NCBI GenBank assembly: GCA_038131165.1
Contig: JAYPOZ010000002.1
Location: 52,755 to 116,754, forward strand
Source of the DNA: Rickettsiales bacterium
GTDB taxonomy: Bacteria; Pseudomonadota; Alphaproteobacteria; UBA8366
Reading direction: 5' to 3'
Length of the DNA stretch: 64,000 nt
Shown here: positions 50,263 through 59,348 of the stretch, in pieces
How positions within the stretch are numbered: position 1 is the stretch's first letter
Layout: the number at the start of each line of letters is the position of its first letter
Position numbers and translations under genes: made by a program
Notes under the pieces: model-generated
The model's input: only the letters and a program-made list of their open reading frames with translations
The model's database searches: none
Told to the model about the DNA's origin: nothing

Positions 50263-50969
50263 TGGCGGGCCGACTCGCAGGACGACTGGCCCTGATCACG
50301 GGCGCCAGCCGGGGCATCGGCGCGGCCGTGGCCTTGCGCTTCGCCGAAGAGGGCGCGCATCTCATTCTCACCGCGCGCACCGTCGGCGGCCTGGAAGAGG
50401 TCGACGACGCGGTGAAGGCGCGCGGCGGCAGCGCCACGCTGGTGCCGCTCGACCTGAAGAATTTCGACGAAATCGACCAGATGGGCGGCGCGCTGTTCCA
50501 GCGCTTCGGCAAGCTCGACATCCTCGTCGCCAATGCCGCGACTCTCGGCATCCTCTCGCCGGTCGGCCATATCGACCCGGCGGTCTGGGACGACGCGGTG
50601 CAGTTGAACCTGACGGCGAACTACCGCCTGATCCGCAGCCTCGATCCCCTGCTGCGCGCCTCGGATGCCGGGCGGGCGATCTTCGTGACCTCGAACGCGG
50701 CGCGCGGAAAGGCCTATTGGGGAGCCTATGCCGCCACCAAGGCCGGTCTCGACGCGCTGATCAAATGCTACGCCGACGAGGTCGAGAACACCGACATCCG
50801 GGTCAACCTGCTGAGCCCCGGCGCCACCCGCACCAACATGCGCGCGTCGGCCTTTCCGGGCGAGGATCCGGAGACGCTGAAGACGCCGGAATCGATCACC
50901 GGCCTGTTCGTCGATCTGGCGGAGACCGCCTGCACGCGGCACGGCGAAATCATCCAGGCGGGCCGATAG
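50262..50969 (+). CDS. SDR family oxidoreductase
   Basis: LALITGASRGIGAAVA, YAATKAG. ATG overlaps the purF TGA (TGATG). Confidence 0.85.
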   Translation: MAGRLAGRLALITGASRGIGAAVALRFAEEGAHLILTARTVGGLEEVDDAVKARGGSATLVPLDLKNFDEIDQMGGALFQRFGKLDILVANAATLGILSPVGHIDPAVWDDAVQLNLTANYRLIRSLDPLLRASDAGRAIFVTSNAARGKAYWGAYAATKAGLDALIKCYADEVENTDIRVNLLSPGATRTNMRASAFPGEDPETLKTPESITGLFVDLAETACTRHGEIIQAGR

Positions 50970-51018
50970 ACACCCTCTGTAATCGCTTATGAAAAATCGT
51001 GGGTCGACCCCATGCACC

Positions 51019-51052
51019 CTCTAATTGCGGTAATATATTACCGCAATTAGAG
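51019..51052. repeat. 34-bp perfect palindrome, AT-rich
   Basis: CTCTAATTGCGGTAATAT|ATTACCGCAATTAGAG read directly. Lies between convergent 3' ends. Confidence 0.9.
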
Positions 51053-51184
51053 CCGTTCGAAGCGGCGCCTTAAGACTGACTGAAAATTCACCGGGTCAAA
51101 GAACGGCGTGCAGCCTATCACACAATAGACGAAATGTCTTCATGATTATTCGTCTTTGCCGCGCCGTCCCGAGTGCGCAGCCCC

Positions 51185-52438
51185 TCAGACCACGTTCTTC
51201 GGCACTTCGCGGAACGGGCGGTCGGTATCGAAGCGGGGCTCTTTCGGCATTTTGAGCACGCGCTCGGAGATGATGTTCTTCTGGATTTCGTCGGTGCCGC
51301 CGGCGATCGAGATCGCCGGGGTCGAAATCAGAATCTCCGCGATCACGCCGTCCATCGGGCTCTCCGGCCCGGTGAGCATGGCGTCGGCGCCGGTCAGCAT
51401 CGTATGGACGCGGTTCGAGGCCCGCGCCACATAGCTCGACGCGAGCTTGCCAAGCGAGCCTTCCGGCCCCTGCGGGCGGCCCTGCTCCTGCGCCGCCCGG
51501 GCCCGGCGCGCCGTCCATTCGGCGCTGCGCGCCATGATCATCAGCTTGGCGATCTCCTGGCGCACCACCGGGTCGGTGTTCCGGCCGGTCTCCTTCGCCC
51601 GCTCGAGCACCAGGTCGACGCGGCCGGCGCGCTGCGGATACCATTTGTAGGGTTCCAATGCGACGGCGATCTCTTTCGCTTCTTCCTGATAGATGCGCTC
51701 CGGCCGCTCGCGCGGGGCCGCGTAGCGCCGCATCCCGTCGGCGCCGCGGCGCTCGTGCATCAGGGTCGTCGTCGCCACTTTCCAGCCGTCGCCCAGGTTT
51801 TCCAGCATGAATTCCGGCGCAATCTCGGCATCGGTGAAGAAGACCTGGTTGAACGAGGCATGATGGTTCATCTGCCGCAGCGGCACGACCTCGACGCCCG
51901 GCTGGTGAATGTCGATGATGAAATAGGTCAGCCCCTTGTGTTTCGGCACGTCTACATCGGTGCGCGCCAGCAACAAGCCGTAATCGGCGTGATGGGCGCT
52001 CGTGGTCCACACCTTCTGGCCGTTGACGACCCATTTATTGCCTTTGAGCTCGGCGCGCGTCGTCGCCCCCGCCAGATCGGAGCCGCTGCCCGGCTCGCTG
52101 AAGAGCTGGCACCAGGTATCCTCGCCGGTGAGAATCCGGCGCAGGAACTTCTCCTTATGCATGTCCGTGCCGTGGGTCAGGATCGTCGCGGCGGCCAGCG
52201 TGCGGATTCCCATCTTGGCGACGCCGACGGCGCCGATCCGCTCGAACTCCTCCTCGACCACGGGGACCATGCCCACCGGCAGGTCCCGACCGTACCAATC
52301 CCGGGGCCAATGCGGCGCGCCCCAGCCCGAATCGGCCAGCATGTTGCGCCATTCGATCAGACTCAGGTTCGGGTCCCAGTTTTCTTCCAGCCAGGCACGG
52401 GCTTCGACGCGGACGGTCTCTTCGGTGATTTCGGTCAT
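51185..52438 (-). CDS. acyl-CoA dehydrogenase family protein (417 aa)
   Basis: ARAWLEENWDP N-terminus, IAGGTDEIQKNIISERVL C-terminal ACAD motif. Confidence 0.85.
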   Translation of the reverse strand: MTEITEETVRVEARAWLEENWDPNLSLIEWRNMLADSGWGAPHWPRDWYGRDLPVGMVPVVEEEFERIGAVGVAKMGIRTLAAATILTHGTDMHKEKFLRRILTGEDTWCQLFSEPGSGSDLAGATTRAELKGNKWVVNGQKVWTTSAHHADYGLLLARTDVDVPKHKGLTYFIIDIHQPGVEVVPLRQMNHHASFNQVFFTDAEIAPEFMLENLGDGWKVATTTLMHERRGADGMRRYAAPRERPERIYQEEAKEIAVALEPYKWYPQRAGRVDLVLERAKETGRNTDPVVRQEIAKLMIMARSAEWTARRARAAQEQGRPQGPEGSLGKLASSYVARASNRVHTMLTGADAMLTGPESPMDGVIAEILISTPAISIAGGTDEIQKNIISERVLKMPKEPRFDTDRPFREVPKNVV

Positions 52439-52451
52439 GGTCCCGTCCTCC

Positions 52452-53582
52452 TCAAACGTTCCATTGCTGCATCAGGCGTTCGCGGTGATAGGCGGCATCG
52501 CCGAGGAAGACCTCGGAACTCTTGGCGCGCTTGAACCACAGATGCGTATCGTTGTCCCAGGTGAAGCCGATCCCGCCGTGAATCTGGACGGTATGGATGG
52601 CCGTCTGCATGTAGGCATCGGCGGCGGCGGCCTTTGCCAGCGAGGCCAGCGCCGAGATTTCTTCGTCGTCCTCGTCCGCGGCGGCGGCCGCGTAATAGGC
52701 CGCCGACTTCGCCAACTCCACGTCCAGCAGCATATCCGCCGCCTTGTGCTTGAGCGATTGGAACGAGCCGATCGCCCGGCCGAACTGGACCCGCATATTG
52801 GCATATTCCACGGCCGATTCGCGCAACCGCTCGGCCCCGCCCACCATCTCGTTGGCCAGGCAAATCGCGGCGATATCGAGGGTTTGCCGCAGCGGGACCG
52901 CAGCCGCGCCCGCGTCGCCCAGCAAATCCGCTTCGACGCCGGCAAAGCTCAGGCGGGCCAGCTTGCGGGTCGGGTCCATCGAGTCCAGTTTCGTGCGCTC
53001 CAGGCCCGCCGCGTCGCCCGCCACGGTGAAGAAGGAAAGCCCTTCCGCGCCGCTGCTGCCCGGCGTGCGGGCCAGGACCACGATCAACCCCGCGGTATGA
53101 CCGTCGAGCACGAAGCTTTTCGTGCCGTCGAGACGGTATTTACCGCCCGCCGCCGTCGCGGTCATGGCAACGCCCGATCCGGTCCATGTGCCGCTCTCCT
53201 CGGCGATGGCGAGGGTCGCGATGGTCTCGCCCGATGCGATGTCCGGCAACAGGATTTGCTTTTGATCTTCGCTGCCCGCTTTCAAGATTGCCGTGGCCGC
53301 CATCACCGTCGAGGCGAAATACGGCGCGCACAGCAGCGCGCGCCCCATTTCCTCGACCGCGATCGCCAACTCGCCGATGCCGAACCCCTGGCCGCCGTAG
53401 CTCTCGGGGATATGGATCGCGGTCAGCCCGAGGTCCTGGCTCAATTGACGCCATACTTCCGGGTCGCAGCCCGCGTCCGTCTCCATAAGCCGGCGCACCT
53501 CGGTGGACGGCGATTTATCTTCCAGGAACCGCCGCAGAACGGATCGGAATTCTGCCTGCTCGTCGGTGAAACTGAATCTCAT
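52452..53582 (-). CDS. acyl-CoA dehydrogenase family protein (376 aa)
   Basis: MRFSFTDEQAEFRSVLRRFLED, VQIHGGIGFTWDNDTHLWFKRAK. Confidence 0.85.
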   Translation of the reverse strand: MRFSFTDEQAEFRSVLRRFLEDKSPSTEVRRLMETDAGCDPEVWRQLSQDLGLTAIHIPESYGGQGFGIGELAIAVEEMGRALLCAPYFASTVMAATAILKAGSEDQKQILLPDIASGETIATLAIAEESGTWTGSGVAMTATAAGGKYRLDGTKSFVLDGHTAGLIVVLARTPGSSGAEGLSFFTVAGDAAGLERTKLDSMDPTRKLARLSFAGVEADLLGDAGAAAVPLRQTLDIAAICLANEMVGGAERLRESAVEYANMRVQFGRAIGSFQSLKHKAADMLLDVELAKSAAYYAAAAADEDDEEISALASLAKAAAADAYMQTAIHTVQIHGGIGFTWDNDTHLWFKRAKSSEVFLGDAAYHRERLMQQWNV

Positions 53583-53750
53583 GTATTTGCTCCAGAGCCG
53601 CAGCGCGGCGCGCTGTCTCGATTGGCCGGACGGCGAACCGCAACGGGCCGCCTACTTAAGTATTACTCGTGAAACTTAGATTTGGATCACGCCGCCGCAA
53701 GACACCCCGCGGCCCTATTTGCGCCCCGGGGCGGTACACGAGCGGCAAGG

Positions 53751-54167
53751 TTACGCGAGCGGCGCCGTCGGTTTCGTATAATCCTCGTCGCCGACCTTCT
53801 CGAACCATGCGGTCCCTTCGCCCTTGTCGTTCACTTCCGACATCGCAAGATGGACGAAGATGCGGTCCGGCGCCGCGCCGTGCCAATGGCGGGTATTGGG
53901 CGGAATCATCGCGGTGTCGCCCGGATGGAGCTCCTGCACCTGTTCGCCTTCGAGCTGCACCCGGCCGATGCCGGAGACGCAATACAGGGTCTGGCCGACC
54001 GGATGGGCATGCCAGGCCGTGCGCGCGCCCGGGCTGAAGGAGACGTTCGTCGCCCGCATCCGCGACGGCGCCGTGCCGACCAGAACCTCGTCCTGCCAGA
54101 CCTGCCCCGTGAATTTATCCTCCGGCGCCACTTTCGTCGGCCGATCGTTTGCGCGTTTGATTTCCAT
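53751..54167 (-). CDS. cupin domain protein
   Basis: Internal ATG 54167 (MEIKRANDR) gives 138 aa. Cupin motifs PGARTAWHAHPVGQ and HPGDTAMIPPNTRHWHG. The tracked 230-aa ORF is an upstream extension. Confidence 0.8.
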   Translation of the reverse strand: MEIKRANDRPTKVAPEDKFTGQVWQDEVLVGTAPSRMRATNVSFSPGARTAWHAHPVGQTLYCVSGIGRVQLEGEQVQELHPGDTAMIPPNTRHWHGAAPDRIFVHLAMSEVNDKGEGTAWFEKVGDEDYTKPTAPLA

Positions 54168-54457
54168 CCTGCGTGTCTCCTTTTCCGAAATCGGGCCACA
54201 TCTTCGGATATGGCCATGTCGTTGCGCCGCCCATTCAGGCGCTGCGGTGCATCCCTTCCTCGATTTAGCTATGTTTTGCGGGAAAACGAGTCTTGGGGCC
54301 GGGAATACCCTCTCCGCGATTTGCAATTTTCCCGATCCTGTTTTCTTCTTCCACAAGCCCCCGATGAGGCGTAACTTAATAGAATGTCTCGATATTTTCG
54401 AATCGCAGAGGCTTGAATCAGATGGTTTTCGGACAGACGGCATAAGAGGGCCGTAAG

Positions 54458-55267
54458 ATGCAGTCGGAACGACCCTTAACGCCGAGCACGACGGATTGGG
54501 AGGCTCTCTTCGAAGCCCCCGAGAGCGGCTTGATTCCGCTCATTTCATCGGCCCGCTCGACAGATGCGTTGCGGCAATCCTCCTTGCTCACGATTGAACG
54601 CCTCTTTACCAGAAAGGGCGACGAGCGGAATCTCAGGAAGTTCAAGTTACAAATTCTGCGGCTGGTGCCCGAGGGCGACCAAGAGGCCCTTGAGGATAAG
54701 GTCAAGGCCGTCGAACAGATACTCCGGGACATCAAGGTAGAGAGAATTCGAAAGGCGGCCGCCTATAATGACCGCCTCGCGGCCAAGGCCCGACGGGAAA
54801 GCGGCTCGGAAGAATTCGAGCGCCGGGAACCGATACCCCTTACGCCGCAGCGCCTGATGTCCGACCGCCCTCTCCTCTCGGCTTTCATCGCCATACTGTG
54901 CGTCGCCGCCATGGCCCTGGTTTTTGTTTTCTTTCTGCGTACCGACCCTGTCGCCGAGGTCAATGTCGGCGAAACCGTGCGATGGGTCAGGTATAACGCC
55001 GAGAAGGGTTTCCCGAACGACAGCTGGCAAATGCGCGCCGTAGAAACCGCCGGCAAAATGAAGATCGTCATTGCGGTCGAATTGACCAATCCAGAGCAAA
55101 TTTCGAGGCTCGAAAGTCAAAGCGGCGAGGAGAAGCTTGCGATCGCGCGGCTGGGATGCCCGAAAAAGGGGCTGGGCATTTCGGCGTTTGTCGAGAACGG
55201 CGGGGTCATCTGGGTAAAACTTGAAAGCGGCGCCACCGCCATCGCCGAGGGGCCCTGCGCCTACTGA
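54458..55267 (+). CDS. hypothetical membrane-anchored protein, no family recognised
   Basis: 269 aa. Charged helical N-domain, single TM (LLSAFIAILCVAAMALVFVFFL), ~95-aa C-domain. Third-position GC supports the + frame over antisense ORF 54647..55513. Confidence 0.6.
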   Translation: MQSERPLTPSTTDWEALFEAPESGLIPLISSARSTDALRQSSLLTIERLFTRKGDERNLRKFKLQILRLVPEGDQEALEDKVKAVEQILRDIKVERIRKAAAYNDRLAAKARRESGSEEFERREPIPLTPQRLMSDRPLLSAFIAILCVAAMALVFVFFLRTDPVAEVNVGETVRWVRYNAEKGFPNDSWQMRAVETAGKMKIVIAVELTNPEQISRLESQSGEEKLAIARLGCPKKGLGISAFVENGGVIWVKLESGATAIAEGPCAY

Positions 55268-55326
55268 GCAATCGGCCGCACGGCCGCCAAGCACCGCTCC
55301 AGTGAGCCCGCCCAGACCATCCGATA

Positions 55327-56691
55327 CTAGGTCATCCGCATATAGACCGCGAACATGCCGATCAGCGCCCCGATCACGGCGATGACGGTGCCATAGGCCA
55401 ATCGGTCGAGGCGCAAACACCATACGAGACCGGCCAGCACCGAGCGGGTCCACGGCGCCTCGATCGGCGGGCGCAGAAAAATCACCCCCGCGATAAAGGA
55501 CGGCGCCGCGCACAGGATAAATCCGATGCTGTAGGACTCGGTCACCGCCAGCAATCCGCCGTAAAACGCCGGATAGATCATCATCGCGACGCTGGTGAAG
55601 GCGAGCACCCCGCCGGTGACGCCGCCGACCTTCTCCGGCGGCGCCAGGCGGGCGACTTCCGCCAGCAATATCCCGTGCCAGCTCAACGCGGTGACGTTAT
55701 AGAGGATCGCCACCGCAAGGATCATCGAATAGCTCCACCGCACATCGTAGAAGCTTGTCAGAATGGCGGCCACGCCACCGAAGAGACCGATGCCGCCAAG
55801 GACGATGCGGGCCGACAAGAAGGCGCTGCCGAGATAGCCCCAGAGGATGCGGGCGCCGACCGCGGTCACGGCGGCGATCGCGAAGGCGGATCCCGCCTCG
55901 GCCTCGCTGTAGTTGAGGCCATCGATCATGAACAGGATGAAGAACCCGGAGAAGATTGCCTGCAGGCCGCCAAAGGAAAACGCCCCGAGAGACAAGTCGC
56001 GCAGCTGCGGGTTGGAAATCACGAGCTTCATCGTCTCCGAGACGCCCGAGAAGGAGAGCTTGACGTCGGGATTACGGTCCGCGTCGAAATGCGCGCGGAT
56101 CGGCTGCAGCAGCAAAACGACGCAATAGACGATCAACCCGGAGACAAAGGCGGTCCCGTAAGCGTCGAGATGGATCGGCGTGCGGATCGTTGCGACATAG
56201 ACGCTGATGCTGAGCAGGAACGGTATCAGCAATCCGCCGATCAGGCTGCCGACCGGAACGCCGGTCTGCTTGACCGAAAAGACCACCGGTGCCAATCGGG
56301 GCGGACAGACGCGGGCCAGGATATGCGAACTCGCGGGCGTGGAGACCGCCGCCATGCCGAGCAGGATCGCTCCCAGCGGATAAATCCACAGCACCCCCGT
56401 GGAGATCACGAAGAGACTGCCGCCCATGAGGATCAGGCACCACTGGCTGACCCGCAGCGCTCCATAGCGGAGGATGAAACCGCCGCAGCCCATGGCGCCG
56501 ATGATCGCGGCGATGTTCTGCAGGAACAGGTAGAACCCGAGCCAGGCCCGCGAAATGCCGAAATCCTCGGCAATACGGTCGGCCAGGATCGGCATCGCGA
56601 TCTGGCAGACATAGGAGAACGCCTGCTGGAGCAGCATCGCGATCGTTGCGATGCTCAGGATCACCCGCCAGTCGAAGCGTTCGAGATTCAT
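55327..56691 (-). CDS. MFS transporter
   Basis: 454-aa polytopic protein, 12 or more TM segments. ATG overlaps the HlyD gene stop (ATGA). Confidence 0.8.
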   Translation of the reverse strand: MNLERFDWRVILSIATIAMLLQQAFSYVCQIAMPILADRIAEDFGISRAWLGFYLFLQNIAAIIGAMGCGGFILRYGALRVSQWCLILMGGSLFVISTGVLWIYPLGAILLGMAAVSTPASSHILARVCPPRLAPVVFSVKQTGVPVGSLIGGLLIPFLLSISVYVATIRTPIHLDAYGTAFVSGLIVYCVVLLLQPIRAHFDADRNPDVKLSFSGVSETMKLVISNPQLRDLSLGAFSFGGLQAIFSGFFILFMIDGLNYSEAEAGSAFAIAAVTAVGARILWGYLGSAFLSARIVLGGIGLFGGVAAILTSFYDVRWSYSMILAVAILYNVTALSWHGILLAEVARLAPPEKVGGVTGGVLAFTSVAMMIYPAFYGGLLAVTESYSIGFILCAAPSFIAGVIFLRPPIEAPWTRSVLAGLVWCLRLDRLAYGTVIAVIGALIGMFAVYMRMT

Positions 56692-57797
56692 CAGAACCGG
56701 ATAAAGTCGTAGATCTGGATGTTCACCTCGGCCAGCATGCCCGGCGCAATCTTATCGGGCGGATCCAGGATTTTGATGCGAACCGGTATGCGCTGGGTCG
56801 GTTTCCGCGCGCGGCCGCTGCTGTTCTCCTCGCCGCCCGCCATCTGCGCCTTCGTCACGCTGCCGATAAAGGTCACGACCCCGTCGAATTCCTGAAACGG
56901 ATAGGGATAGGCATCGATATCGATGATCACGCGTTGGCCGAGTTCCAGATGACGGAGCTGCGATTCATCGACATTCGCTTCGATCCACAGCGAATTTTCG
57001 TCGTGAAGCAGGATCATCCGTTCCGCCTCCTCGACATGCTCGCCCTTGTATTTATAGACGCTGTCAATAATTCCATTGATAGGACTTCTGACAAAATGAT
57101 ATTTTAGCTTCGCTTTTTCCTCATTTATTAATGTCGTTATTTTTGATATATTTAAATCTCGGATTATTTTTTCAGATTTTAAAATATCTATTCTTGATTC
57201 CGATGACTTGATTTCTTCAAGTTCAAGTTCGGCAACTTTGACCTTGGCCGCCGAATTCTCGACCTCCGCTTCGATGATCAAGGCCTTGGTCTGTTCTTCC
57301 TCGAAGCTCTTCTTGGAGGTCAGTTTCTTTTCGAACAGGATTTTCGACCGTTCGAAATTCTTATTCGCCAGGGCGAAGCGATTGCGGATGGTCTGGTGCT
57401 CGACCCGAAGCGCCTTGATCGCCTCGCGCTTGGTCGCCAGTCTCGAGTTCAGGTCGCGCTCGAAGGCGACGATTTCCGCCTCGATTTTCGCGCGCTGGCC
57501 CTGTTCGCGGATCGCATCGGCCTCCAGCGCCTTGATTTTCAGGCGCTGGACATCGGATTTCAGCTCCACGAGCAGGTCGCCCTCCCGAACCCGGTCGCCT
57601 TCCTTCACGTGAACCTTCTCGATCTCGCCGTCGATCCGCGACGATAGCGTCGTCAGCTCGGCCTCGATCCGGGCATCGTATTCGTAGACATGGGTGAGCC
57701 AGTAAAACACCTCATAGGAGACGATCGAGGCGACGCCAATGCCCAGGAGTACCGCGAGTTTCTTGAGAACCGACTTACTTTTCACGTCTAGGGGCAT
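56691..57797 (-). CDS. HlyD/EmrA-type membrane fusion (periplasmic adaptor) protein
   Basis: N-terminal TM, SRIDGEIEKVHVKEGDRVREGDLLVEL lipoyl-like motif, long coiled coil, VRSPINGII beta-barrel motif. Confidence 0.85.
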   Translation of the reverse strand: MPLDVKSKSVLKKLAVLLGIGVASIVSYEVFYWLTHVYEYDARIEAELTTLSSRIDGEIEKVHVKEGDRVREGDLLVELKSDVQRLKIKALEADAIREQGQRAKIEAEIVAFERDLNSRLATKREAIKALRVEHQTIRNRFALANKNFERSKILFEKKLTSKKSFEEEQTKALIIEAEVENSAAKVKVAELELEEIKSSESRIDILKSEKIIRDLNISKITTLINEEKAKLKYHFVRSPINGIIDSVYKYKGEHVEEAERMILLHDENSLWIEANVDESQLRHLELGQRVIIDIDAYPYPFQEFDGVVTFIGSVTKAQMAGGEENSSGRARKPTQRIPVRIKILDPPDKIAPGMLAEVNIQIYDFIRF

Positions 57798-57905
57798 AGA
57801 GGGACCGGTGTCTGGGGTGGCGGGCGTCGAATTAGCAATCTAACGCGGACGGGCGACTCAGCAATCACCCGCGACAATACGCGTGCGGCAAGACCCGCGC
57901 GACAT

Positions 57906-59306
57906 TCAGCTCGATTTCGCATAGGGATTGCGTCCCTTGCGCATCTGCAAACGCAGCGGCACGCCGGACAGGCCGAAATCCTCTCGCAGCCCGTTCTCCA
58001 GGTAGCGGATATAGGCGTCCGGCAATTCCGACGGCTGCGAGACCCAAAGCGCGAAGGTCGGCGGCCGCGTCTTGATCTGCGTCATATAGCGAATGCGAAT
58101 GCGCCGCCCGCGGGCCAGCGGCGGCGGATGGGCTTCGATCATGGCCGCGAGCCACTCGTTCAGCGGCGACGTCGGTATCCGCTTGTTCCAGGTCTCGTAG
58201 ATTGCCAGCACCGCATCAAGCAGTTTGTCGAGATTGCGGCCGTACAAGGCGGATGTATGGATCACCGGCACGCCCCTGATCTGCGGCAGCGACGTCTCCA
58301 GGCGGTCCTTGAGACGTCGCCGGGCCTCGCTCTGGTCGGCGACCGCATCCCACTTGTTCGCGGCGATCACCAGCGCCCGGCCTTCTTCGACGACGCGGCG
58401 GGCAATCGTCAGATCCTGGCGCTCCAGCATGTCGTCGCTGTCGAGGACCAGCACGACCACATGGGCGAAGCGGATGGTGCGGTTGGTATCCTCGACGGAA
58501 AGCTTCTCGAGCTTATGCTCGACCCGGGCGCGCCGACGCATGCCCGCCGTGTCCACGAGACGAATATCGCGCCCGCGATACGTCCAATCGACCGAGATCG
58601 CATCCCGGGTAATGCCCGCCTCCGGCCCGGTGAGCAGACGGTCTTCGCCGATCAAACGGTTGACGAGCGTCGATTTCCCGACATTCGGGCGGCCGACGAT
58701 CGCGAGCTGCAAAGGAGCGTTCTCATCCTCCTCCGCGCCCGGGTCGGCGCCCGCGCCCGCCTCGGGGCCCGCTGCGTCTCCCGCCGCCGGCTCCGCCGCG
58801 GAGTCGCCGTCCGGCTCCATCACCCCGGCGATGGCCTCGAAGAGATCGGCCATGCCTTCGCCATGTTCGGCGGAGATCGCGATGGGTTCGCCCAGGCCGA
58901 GCTCGAACGCCTCGTAGAGGCCGGCCTCGGCGGCGCGGCCCTCGCACTTGTTGGCGACCAGCAGGGTCGCGGCACCGGTGCGGCGCACCCAATCGGCGAA
59001 ATGCCGGTCTAGCGGCGTAAGACCGGCGCGCGCGTCGATGACCATCAAGGCGACGTCGGCCTCCTCGACCGCCACTTCCGTTTGCCGGCGCATCCGTCCT
59101 TCAAGGCTTTCGTCGGTCACTTCCTCCAGCCCCGCCGTATCGATGACCTTGAACGACAGGTCGCCCAACCGGCCCTCGCCCTCCCGGCGGTCCCGGGTCA
59201 CGCCCGGCGTGTCGTCGACAAGCGCCAGCCGGCGTCCGACCAAACGGTTGAACAGTGTCGACTTGCCGACATTCGGTCGGCCCACGATAGCGACGGTAAA
59301 GGTCAT
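57906..59306 (-). CDS. der: ribosome biogenesis GTPase Der (EngA)
   Basis: Two G domains: [14 protein letters not shown] and [16 protein letters not shown]-like C-terminus. Confidence 0.95.
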   Translation of the reverse strand: MTFTVAIVGRPNVGKSTLFNRLVGRRLALVDDTPGVTRDRREGEGRLGDLSFKVIDTAGLEEVTDESLEGRMRRQTEVAVEEADVALMVIDARAGLTPLDRHFADWVRRTGAATLLVANKCEGRAAEAGLYEAFELGLGEPIAISAEHGEGMADLFEAIAGVMEPDGDSAAEPAAGDAAGPEAGAGADPGAEEDENAPLQLAIVGRPNVGKSTLVNRLIGEDRLLTGPEAGITRDAISVDWTYRGRDIRLVDTAGMRRRARVEHKLEKLSVEDTNRTIRFAHVVVLVLDSDDMLERQDLTIARRVVEEGRALVIAANKWDAVADQSEARRRLKDRLETSLPQIRGVPVIHTSALYGRNLDKLLDAVLAIYETWNKRIPTSPLNEWLAAMIEAHPPPLARGRRIRIRYMTQIKTRPPTFALWVSQPSELPDAYIRYLENGLREDFGLSGVPLRLQMRKGRNPYAKSS

Positions 59307-59348
59307 TTTCCTCTCGACCGGCCTAGGTCCGGCTCGACTAATCGCTTC

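Noticed and set aside
54647-55513. 288-aa minus-strand ORF overlapping both the 54458..55267 gene and the MFS 3' end.
   Set aside because: It has the Arg/Gly-rich composition typical of a shadow ORF. The plus-strand frame has better third-position GC and a clean TM helix.
58715-58830. Low-complexity Ala/Gly/Asp/Glu/Pro-rich segment inside der, between the two GTPase domains.
   Set aside because: It is an in-frame linker of variable length, common in Der proteins of GC-rich bacteria, and shows no sign of an insertion element.
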